From: Promethearchaeota archaeon
Lineage (GTDB): Archaea; Asgardarchaeota; Lokiarchaeia; Sigyniarchaeales; SOKP01
Assembly: GCA_048939015.1 (NCBI GenBank)
Contig: JBHLPW010000029.1
Coordinates: forward strand, 21,233-60,044
DNA: 38,812 bases
Direction: 5' to 3'
Positions 9,805-18,077 of this stretch are shown here, one piece after another. The notes beneath the pieces were generated by a model. It saw only the letters and a list, made by a program, of their open reading frames with translations. It did not search any database and had not been told where the DNA came from. How positions within the stretch are numbered: position 1 is the stretch's first letter; every line of letters starts with the position of its first letter. The position numbers and the translations under genes were made by a program.

Positions 9805-10563
9805 ATGAAAGCTTACAATAATGGGTATTACCATACCGACGCTTTAGATGAGAAAATATATGATATCGCATATGTCTCATATAATTTTAATAAAATACCT
9901 CCAATAATAGGAATTATCACTGCTGATAAATTTGGAAATACTCTTATGGTTTTTGAATATGATAGCATTAATAGTGGGAAATATGGACCTATTAAATCTT
10001 ATTTATCTGAGAATGATAAGAATTTGTTGGAGATAGATTTAATTTCGATGTATTTTAGCTCATTTAAATCTTTTGCAGGGCAAACTAATATTCAAAATTT
10101 ATCAAACCTTGAAATCCATGGATCAAATATAAAAATTCAGATATATTTTCTATTAGATAAATTCATGGTGATTCTTTTTCTTAATTCCAAGGTAGATTTA
10201 AATTTAAAAGGAAAGACACAAATAATTAGGTATTTTGAGAATATATTACTTACATATGAATATGAATTTGAACATTTTAATGCTTCAAATTCAAGAGATG
10301 TAATTAGATCTTTAGTGGATAGAGGTAAAGTGTGGCTAAAGAAACTAAACAATTCTTATATACATACTTTCCAAAATTCTTTTATGAAGAAACATGAAAT
10401 TCTTGAAATGGTTATGAATGAGATAGCTTCGATAATTGAAACCGAATTAAGTGAATATTTAGAATGGATTCCAGAAGATATTAAATACGATATGGCCAAG
10501 GAGTTAAGAAATAAAATTCAGGATAAAATCAGTGAATTTAATTTAGATTTAAATAAAACTTGA
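9805..10563 (+). CDS. Roadblock/longin-like fold protein with helical C-terminus
   Basis: IIGIITADKFGNTLMVFEY, then helix LISMYFSSFKSFA, then beta strands ending FMVILFLN. Confidence 0.55.
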   Translation: MKAYNNGYYHTDALDEKIYDIAYVSYNFNKIPPIIGIITADKFGNTLMVFEYDSINSGKYGPIKSYLSENDKNLLEIDLISMYFSSFKSFAGQTNIQNLSNLEIHGSNIKIQIYFLLDKFMVILFLNSKVDLNLKGKTQIIRYFENILLTYEYEFEHFNASNSRDVIRSLVDRGKVWLKKLNNSYIHTFQNSFMKKHEILEMVMNEIASIIETELSEYLEWIPEDIKYDMAKELRNKIQDKISEFNLDLNKT

Positions 10564-10820
10564 GAAGTTTGGAAGATCAGGATAACACACGGTTTTTTAA
10601 ATAAAAGGTTTTGTGAAAATCACAAGAACTAATAGGAAAAAATATTAATCTTTCAATGGTCTATTTCCAAATAGTACAAGCGAAAATTACTGATATATTT
10701 GACAATCGTCTCAATTCTATAGGAGTTAATCCTTATTACTTTCGTCTTTTTTTAAGAAAATGGCGTCAGATAAATCAGTTAACAAAATCTGATTAAAACC
10801 TGATATCCTTAAAATATTTA

Positions 10821-11042
10821 CTAATAAAGACTGGAAAGAGGATTTTTGAACTTAATTTTATCCTTTTTATAACATACTTCGCATAAAAACGCTAAACAAT
10901 TAACTTTTTTACTTTGAAAAACAATCCACTTTATCTTTTCGGCATCCTCAAGTTTACCGCAATTTACACAAGGGATAAAATCGGAAGCCATTAGATCATT
11001 TAGGAATTTTAATTTTTTCTTTTTAGTATCCAATAATTTCAT
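10821..11042 (-). CDS. Small Zn-finger protein
   Basis: CVNC and CEVC pairs. Confidence 0.55.
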   Translation of the reverse strand: MKLLDTKKKKLKFLNDLMASDFIPCVNCGKLEDAEKIKWIVFQSKKVNCLAFLCEVCYKKDKIKFKNPLSSLY

Positions 11043-11213
11043 TTTTCAATCATTAGAATTCTTGAATTAATATAGAATTATAGAGTTAAAGGCAAATGTA
11101 AAATTAATTATTAAAAATCCACTTTTTTTGGAAAACTGAAACTTAAAATAAAAATCAGAGTTTTTATAGTTTTTTTTAGAGTAGTAACAGACTTAATATT
11201 TAACATAAGTAAG

Positions 11214-11822
11214 TTGTCAAATATGATAATTGATCACAGTGAAAAAACAATAAGTCTAAAGATAGTATATTTTGGACCTGCGATGTCCGGTAAGACCACC
11301 TCAATAAGATCTTTATTTTCTGAATTTGGTAAGAATGAATCTTTACAAAGTATTGAAAGTACGGTCCGAAGAACTCTATTTTTTGATTATGGTACAGTTA
11401 CTTTTCAAAATAAAGAATGGAATCTTAAAACTCATATTTATACTACAACTGGGCAAGATTTCTATTTAGTTACACGTCCTATTACCCTAAGAGGTGTAGA
11501 TGGAGTAATTTTTGTAATTGACTCACAACAAGATGCATATGAACGGAATTTAATTTCTTGGAATGAAATAATTTCTTATTTTGGTGAATCTATTGAAGAT
11601 CTTCCAACTATTATTGCTTTTAATAAGCAAGATTTACCAGATAAACTTAATTCTATACAATTCTTAAAAGATATTAGAAGTTATAATTTAAAAAATATCG
11701 ATTCTCGATATACAATAGCAATAACAGGAGAAGGAATTCTTGATTGCTTTGAAGACATTCTAGGATTAGTTCTGAAAAAGTACAGTGATTTTGAGTCGAT
11801 TTCTACGATAAATTATAACTAA
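11214..11822 (+). CDS. Small GTPase, MglA/Arf-like
   Basis: G1 KIVYFGPAMSGKTT; MglA-type G2 RTLFFDY; G3 TTTGQ; G4 NKQD; G5 AITGEGI. Confidence 0.9.
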   Translation: MSNMIIDHSEKTISLKIVYFGPAMSGKTTSIRSLFSEFGKNESLQSIESTVRRTLFFDYGTVTFQNKEWNLKTHIYTTTGQDFYLVTRPITLRGVDGVIFVIDSQQDAYERNLISWNEIISYFGESIEDLPTIIAFNKQDLPDKLNSIQFLKDIRSYNLKNIDSRYTIAITGEGILDCFEDILGLVLKKYSDFESISTINYN

Positions 11823-11851
11823 TGTTTTCAGTTGTTTTTATCAGAAACTCT

Positions 11852-12964
11852 TTAGATACTATCACTTGCGGAGGCTTTCCACATGCTATCGATCTTTTCA
11901 CCAATGCTTACCCATCGCCAAACAATACCTGAACCAAAATAAGCTCGAACGATATCGGATAAGTAATAAAGATAACCCTTTTTAATTTTTTTAACTGAAA
12001 GAGCATCTGATAAATGTTTAATAACATCTCTTGGAGTCATAGGTTCTGAATTATCATTTCTTTCAAAAAAGTTATAAATTTGTCTCGATAGTATATAAAT
12101 ACCTTCAAGTTTTTCCTTTACATCATCAATGGAGGAATTATAGTTATTATAGAAAGATCTCACTATTTCTCTTTCGTATTTGAGATGATTCATTTCTATT
12201 AGTCGATGAGTATCATTTATTACTTGCTTTTTATTCATTATGGTATATTCTTCAAAAAATTCCCGTTTCTTTTTATACTGAGATTTTGTTTTAATCATAA
12301 TATCTCCGGTAAATGAATTTTGAAAGATATAATCAATGAAATTATTCAGTAAAGGAATCAGATAACTTAAATTCTTTTCAACAAGAATCAAAATTCTCTT
12401 TCTGAAGAAAAAAGAGTGAAGAATGTAAATTAGAATTTCTGGTTTAATATTAATTTTCAATGTAAGGATATCTTCTTTTTGAGGTTTTCCTACTGAAGGT
12501 AAAGCTAATCGAGATTCATATCTATCTAATATTTCTAAAAAATCTTTTTTAAATTTACTTGACCATAGATCAGTTAATTTTTTCCGGTATTCACGTTTTT
12601 CATAGAGAATTTTTGGCAATTCTTTTAGATTTTTTAATTCATGAGCATATTCTTTCAGAATAGTAGTTTTAAACTTTAATGAACGCAAGTTCTCTGTGGA
12701 AGGTTCATTAATAACATAAGTAATTAAAAATTCTTCGTTTTTACCCCTAGCAAATTTTGAAGGAATACAAAATCTGTAGTTCATAATTTGAAATCTCTCA
12801 AAAGCAATAGGAAGTGGATTTTCTTTATCACATGAGATTAGAATTAATTCTAATAAATTATTGGTGAGAGGTTTAAATTTTATCTTGCTGTAAAAAATTT
12901 TTGGACCCTCAACTTGATCAAAATATGACAAGATAAGAATTCTGGAACCAATGTTTTTATTCAT
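11852..12964 (-). CDS. Longin/uDENN-like N-terminal domain protein (putative GTPase regulator)
   Basis: ILILSYFDQVEGPKIFY...FARGKNEEFLITYV resembles uDENN/longin N-termini; a central KRILILV segment follows. Confidence 0.55.
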   Translation of the reverse strand: MNKNIGSRILILSYFDQVEGPKIFYSKIKFKPLTNNLLELILISCDKENPLPIAFERFQIMNYRFCIPSKFARGKNEEFLITYVINEPSTENLRSLKFKTTILKEYAHELKNLKELPKILYEKREYRKKLTDLWSSKFKKDFLEILDRYESRLALPSVGKPQKEDILTLKINIKPEILIYILHSFFFRKRILILVEKNLSYLIPLLNNFIDYIFQNSFTGDIMIKTKSQYKKKREFFEEYTIMNKKQVINDTHRLIEMNHLKYEREIVRSFYNNYNSSIDDVKEKLEGIYILSRQIYNFFERNDNSEPMTPRDVIKHLSDALSVKKIKKGYLYYLSDIVRAYFGSGIVWRWVSIGEKIDSMWKASASDSI

Positions 12965-13243
12965 TTCTAAATCTTTTATATATAGATTTATTCAGATATT
13001 TTAAAAGACAACAAATTATTTTTTCAGCAGTTGCTTGAAATTTTATAAAAAGTTATAAAATCTTATAAATAACCTATAGTCTTAACTCCGTTTGGAGATA
13101 AATTAGTTTTTATACCTCTTGATTTAAGGCTTAAGGGTAAGAAATAACGATATAAGAGAAAAAAGCTTTGATTTAGACAATTAAGTCTATTTGTAGACTC
13201 TTAATATATTTCACTAAAAAATTATTGTAATTTTCTCGCAATC

Positions 13244-13852
13244 TCACCTTCTAGGTACTTTATTGGAGAGATTTGAAATTATATCAATTGCATCAATCAT
13301 TTCAATAATCTTATTTGAAACTTCAGGTTGAAGCATATTTATTTTGTCTTTTAATTTATTAATTTTGAGCTCTAATTGATGGTACTCAATGGGTCTCTGC
13401 TCTAGTAATTGGAATTTCCTCATCTCTCTAAACCTTTTTACTTTGTCGTTAGGCTTTTTTACTAAATAACAAAAATCTCGGTGATCAAACATTATTATTT
13501 CTAAAAGGAGTTTCTTTAACTCTCCTTCCTGTACTCTTGATATTTTATTATCCTTTTGAAAATCTTCAAATAATACATTATATAGTAAATTCGCGATGCC
13601 TATGAGGCTTTTAGTTTCAGATCCACGAATCCCAAAGTTTTCTTCTAGTCTTAATAAACAATAGTCCCGTTGCTCAACTGAATGAAATATTGCTTTTTGA
13701 TCATTGATCCAACCCTCATCATGGCACACAACGTCTACTATTTGCTCATAAAATGAGTCAAAATTGAATTGTTCTAAATCAATTTCAAACATTTCATAAT
13801 ATTCATCAAAAATTTCTTTTATTTTTTGATTTTTTTCTTTTTTAAGAACCAT
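13244..13852 (-). CDS. Hypothetical protein
   Basis: 202-aa ORF with plausible composition; co-oriented with the wHTH gene upstream. Confidence 0.65.
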   Translation of the reverse strand: MVLKKEKNQKIKEIFDEYYEMFEIDLEQFNFDSFYEQIVDVVCHDEGWINDQKAIFHSVEQRDYCLLRLEENFGIRGSETKSLIGIANLLYNVLFEDFQKDNKISRVQEGELKKLLLEIIMFDHRDFCYLVKKPNDKVKRFREMRKFQLLEQRPIEYHQLELKINKLKDKINMLQPEVSNKIIEMIDAIDIISNLSNKVPRR

Positions 13853-13897
13853 TATATCAATCTTTAAAAGGATTATTTTCTATATATTTAAATTATA

Positions 13898-14152
13898 CTA
13901 GGCTCTCAATTTCCAGAAAACTAGTGGACGTCCTCTTTTTCCATCAGTCCTGGAAAATTTTTCAATCAATTTTCTTTTTTGAAGCTTTATTAGGTTGTCA
14001 TATATTGTAGTCCTAGGAGATTCAAGTCTTTTGACTAAATCTCGTCTTGTTAATGGCCCTACTTCTTTTAAAGTTTTAATTAAATTATATTGAATTGGTG
14101 ATAAAAATGATTGTGGACTGAGATACTTTTTTAATATTTCACTTTTTGCCAT
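13898..14152 (-). CDS. Stand-alone TrmB-like winged-helix protein
   Basis: GPLTRRDLVKRLESPRTTIYDNLIKLQKRKLI...GRP. Confidence 0.85.
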   Translation of the reverse strand: MAKSEILKKYLSPQSFLSPIQYNLIKTLKEVGPLTRRDLVKRLESPRTTIYDNLIKLQKRKLIEKFSRTDGKRGRPLVFWKLRA

Positions 14153-14282
14153 TTTAATTTCCCGTAAAATTTTATTATATTATTAAAGAAAATCTATATA
14201 AACTACGACAAATTGGTAATTTCCATGAAATTCCTTAATTTATACTGATCGATAAACTTTCTTTTTCGAGATTACTCTTATT

Positions 14283-14585
14283 TTAAGGATTCAAAATTAA
14301 TTGATAAATAACTAGAATTGTAAGCATAGATCCAATTACGATATTCAAGACTGTTGCAAAATAAAAAATATAATTAAAAATACTAATATATTGCATTCCA
14401 GTATCAACTATAAATTGTCTTAATTCTTCAAGGAAACAGTAAAAAGAAAGTAATAAGATTATATAGACCATGGAACCAAGTATAGAGACTAATAAATTTC
14501 CAGAGAGCCAAACATAAATAAACAGAATAATAATTAATATTAAAATAAAAGAAATTGGAACTAATAAAAAGGACAGATAATTCAT
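14283..14585 (-). CDS. Small membrane protein (about 3 TM)
   Basis: Three long hydrophobic segments; 9 bp downstream of the secretion ATPase gene. Confidence 0.55.
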   Translation of the reverse strand: MNYLSFLLVPISFILILIIILFIYVWLSGNLLVSILGSMVYIILLLSFYCFLEELRQFIVDTGMQYISIFNYIFYFATVLNIVIGSMLTILVIYQLILNP

Positions 14586-14594
14586 TTTTTATAT

Positions 14595-16796
14595 TCATCC
14601 CTCTTTTCTTAAATTATAATGTTGGCTCTTCCATTTCTCCCAAAAATTTTGAGCTTCTAAATGTGATATAATTGAATAATGAGCTAATTCATGAAATAAA
14701 TCTACCAATTTATTATTCTGAATTTTCTCGTGATTTAAGAGATAACTAAAGATTTCTTCGTAAAGAATCATAAAGTCATTGAAAATTTTTTTATTTAAAT
14801 TCTCAAATTTCTTTAAATTAGTCACAATCTTAGTTTCATAAAGATCTTTGATTAAATTCCACTTCATGGCCTCAGGATCATAAAGGAAAATTTCTCTATA
14901 GTAATCACCTGAATGATAATTAGTTAAATCAATTTCAGAAATAGAAACTATCCTTCTTTTATTAAGTTCACGATTCATTAAAACTAATATATCTAAATCA
15001 TCTAATTGTTCAAAATTAATACCAAATGTATGAATTAGTCGATTTATTAAAGAATCAATGTTTTGAGAATGAATTGTTTGAAAGCCTTTTAATCCAGCAG
15101 CTAAACAATGAAACATAGCCTCAGCTTCTTCTTTCTCTAAAATCTCGCCTAAATAAATAATATCAGGAGTGCGATGAAGTAATGTTTTTATATGATTACT
15201 TTTAGTATACCTCTCTTTACTATCAGAATCTAAGGAATCTGCTTGATATTTAACTTGGTGTTTATTAAAACTTAGTTGTTCCAACGATTCTGTAACATTT
15301 TCTACATAAATTTTACGAAAATATTCAGGAGATATCAGATCAAACGCATTAATTAAGGTAGTTTTACCTGTATCAGTTTTACCTGTCACAGTGATGTTTA
15401 CTCCCCTTATTACACAAAAAAAAAGAAATGCTGCCATTTTAGGATTAAAAGTATTTGTCTTCATTAAATCTTGAAGTGTTAATATGTTTTTATTTAATTT
15501 CCTGATATCTAAAGAAAAATTATTGATATTAATTGGTTTAACGTCGATGGCAAATCTACAATAAAAATATTTATTTTTAATAACATATTTGAGAGTTGGA
15601 TTTGAATAATCTAGTCTTTGTTCACTATATAACCTTAATAATGTAATAATTCGTTCTATGTCCTTAACTGATAAATTGATATTTGTACGACACCGTCCAT
15701 ATTTTTGATGATCTATATAAATATAGCTTTTTGGAGAGTCTAAAAATATTTCTTCAATATAATTGTCAACTAAAAAGGGAAATAATTTATTTAATTGAAG
15801 AAATTTCAGAGCCGCATAGAAAGCAACTTTCTTCTTACTATTAGCAGGCATCTTATAATTGAGCTCAATAATTCGTAGAGCTTCCCTCTTATACAATGAA
15901 ATTAAATTTTCTAACGGAACTGTTTCATCAAATCTCAAAATATCCATATACAAAAGGATATTTTCAACTAATTTCTCAAAATATGCTTTTTCTGATTCAG
16001 ATTCATGAAACAATTGGTAATGATATATTTTTTCTGTCTTATTTGCTATTCTATATATTTGAATTTGATACAATCCTTTAGCAACTTGATATGAATGGAG
16101 TAATCCTTCTCTATTTATTTCACCAAATTTGATATTAGAACGACTTGATTTATCATCGACCTCATCTATCGAGTGAGATTTTGTTATTAGAAATTCATAA
16201 AAGTAAAAAGGATCAGCAAATAAGGAACTCTTCTGTTGGAGGGTCTTATACTTTCTTATTAACTCTGAATTTAAATGTAATAATAATTGGTCTACAATTT
16301 CACTACATTTTCTTAAGCACTCAGAACATATGGGATCTGGAGAGCTGATACTTACAACTTGTTTTGAAATGTGCTCTATTTTCAAATATAAAGATATCGG
16401 ATCAATAGGTTCTTGTTCGTTTAAAGCGAAAAAAGATTTAAAATCTTCAAAAATTTTACATTTAAAACTATCCTTAAATACACAAGATTCTCTTAATTTT
16501 AATAAATTAGAATAATATTTTTTAGTTTTTTCAGTATTTTTTATACATTCAACAATCAATTTCGTTGTTTTTTGATCTATTGAGATATCTAAAGCTTGGA
16601 TGTATATTTTGGCAAAACTTCTGTCTTTAGTATTTTTTACATTATCAAAAAGACAATGATAGCATTTCTTATTCTTCCAAAACTGTTTAGAATAATCTGA
16701 GCAGGCGATACATTCAATATTTAAGACTTTTTCTCTTTTTCCTTCAAGATTATCTTTTCTCTGAATATTTGGTTTAATGTTATTTTGATGAATCAT
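14595..16796 (-). CDS. Type II/IV secretion (VirB11/TadA/FlaI-family) pilus assembly ATPase with Cys-rich N-terminal domain
   Basis: DNYIEEIFLD; Walker A GKTDTGKTT; LLHRTPDIIYLGEI (Walker B); His box QTIHS; RRIVSISEI. Confidence 0.9.
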   Translation of the reverse strand: MIHQNNIKPNIQRKDNLEGKREKVLNIECIACSDYSKQFWKNKKCYHCLFDNVKNTKDRSFAKIYIQALDISIDQKTTKLIVECIKNTEKTKKYYSNLLKLRESCVFKDSFKCKIFEDFKSFFALNEQEPIDPISLYLKIEHISKQVVSISSPDPICSECLRKCSEIVDQLLLHLNSELIRKYKTLQQKSSLFADPFYFYEFLITKSHSIDEVDDKSSRSNIKFGEINREGLLHSYQVAKGLYQIQIYRIANKTEKIYHYQLFHESESEKAYFEKLVENILLYMDILRFDETVPLENLISLYKREALRIIELNYKMPANSKKKVAFYAALKFLQLNKLFPFLVDNYIEEIFLDSPKSYIYIDHQKYGRCRTNINLSVKDIERIITLLRLYSEQRLDYSNPTLKYVIKNKYFYCRFAIDVKPININNFSLDIRKLNKNILTLQDLMKTNTFNPKMAAFLFFCVIRGVNITVTGKTDTGKTTLINAFDLISPEYFRKIYVENVTESLEQLSFNKHQVKYQADSLDSDSKERYTKSNHIKTLLHRTPDIIYLGEILEKEEAEAMFHCLAAGLKGFQTIHSQNIDSLINRLIHTFGINFEQLDDLDILVLMNRELNKRRIVSISEIDLTNYHSGDYYREIFLYDPEAMKWNLIKDLYETKIVTNLKKFENLNKKIFNDFMILYEEIFSYLLNHEKIQNNKLVDLFHELAHYSIISHLEAQNFWEKWKSQHYNLRKEG

Positions 16797-16815
16797 TTTT
16801 TCCTAATCATATTTA

Positions 16816-17202
16816 TTAATTTTTTACCGTGATTTTAATTATAGTTGAAATAAAATTATTTAAAGGATCATAAGCTCTAACTTCCAGCCAATATTTCCCT
16901 ACATTAAGAATGGTTCTATTTACGATTAGACCTATGAATTCATTTTCATTATAAATAAAAAAGTTAGATGTATCATTGATCCAATAATGATTAATTCCAG
17001 AAATATCAAATGCTTTTACACGATAACCAAAATCTTCTCCATATACTATGGTTTGATCTTCAGGAATCTGGTCCCAGATTGGAGGATCATTATCATTTCT
17101 ATACTCATTAATTTTCATGAAATTGGGTATGATCCAAAACAGAAATGAAGATAAAATTACCACACCTGCTACAATTAATAATACTTTTTCAAGAGATTCC
17201 AT
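16816..17202 (-). CDS. Putative minor pilin / membrane-anchored Ig-like domain protein
   Basis: MESLEK plus a hydrophobic helix (Glu at position 5), then DPPIWDQIPEDQTI...VRAYDP...ITV, a cadherin/Ig-like beta domain. Confidence 0.6.
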   Translation of the reverse strand: MESLEKVLLIVAGVVILSSFLFWIIPNFMKINEYRNDNDPPIWDQIPEDQTIVYGEDFGYRVKAFDISGINHYWINDTSNFFIYNENEFIGLIVNRTILNVGKYWLEVRAYDPLNNFISTIIKITVKN

Positions 17203-17289
17203 ACTATTATCTTAGGGGAAAACAATAAAAACTCCCATAATTTCAAATTTAGAATCATTTAGATAGATTTCATTTTTAAAATAATTATC

Positions 17290-17982
17290 TCATAGGTAAG
17301 ATTCACGGTTGGTAGTACTAACATTCACTTGTCCTAGATTTTGCAAATCTTTTGAAAAGGCATTCTGAGCAAGTAAAATCAATAACATTTCTTTTAGAAA
17401 TTCATCCTCTTTATCTTTAGACGACAATTTATCTTTAATTGCCTTTTCTAAGTTATCAAGAGCCTTCTTCTGAGCATCATTAAATTCTTTCATAGAATTT
17501 TTCATTGATTGTTGTAAATTATCGAACCACTTCTTTTGCTTATCCTTTAAACTTTCTTTTGAATCCTCTTCTTTTTTTTCTTTTTCTGCCTTATTGCTTT
17601 TTATATGTTTTTTTTTCAAAAGTTTATTAAAAATATTATCGACTAACATATTATGAGAAGTATCATCCCAATTTTTTGCTTGCATGCTTTTTTGAGCTTT
17701 TTCTTGATTCTTTGTTCCTTTCATCATACTTTCTGATTGTAAAGGGCGAGAAGCTTTATTATATTCTTGGATAACCGTTTTGCTTTTATTTGGATATTCT
17801 TCATATGAGATTTTTATTTTTTTTATGGGTTTAACATTTTTTTTGCCACTAGATTTTGCCTCTTTACTTTTCTTTTTTTCAATAATTTTCTTAGTTGTCA
17901 TCTTTCCAAAACTCTTATTCTTATTAAGTGTAGATGAACTTCTGCTTGTTCTACTTGGTGTTTTGCTTATATTTTTAGCCAT
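17290..17982 (-). CDS. Lys/Ser-rich, largely disordered and coiled-coil protein
   Basis: 230 aa; very basic low-complexity N-terminus, heptad-like C-terminal helices. Confidence 0.65.
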   Translation of the reverse strand: MAKNISKTPSRTSRSSSTLNKNKSFGKMTTKKIIEKKKSKEAKSSGKKNVKPIKKIKISYEEYPNKSKTVIQEYNKASRPLQSESMMKGTKNQEKAQKSMQAKNWDDTSHNMLVDNIFNKLLKKKHIKSNKAEKEKKEEDSKESLKDKQKKWFDNLQQSMKNSMKEFNDAQKKALDNLEKAIKDKLSSKDKEDEFLKEMLLILLAQNAFSKDLQNLGQVNVSTTNRESYL

Positions 17983-18077
17983 TTATTAAATCACATATTT
18001 AAAGTTTTATATAATATTGAAAACTACTAAATTTTTTCATACAAATAATAAAAACTAAACAGAAAACTAGGTAGACT

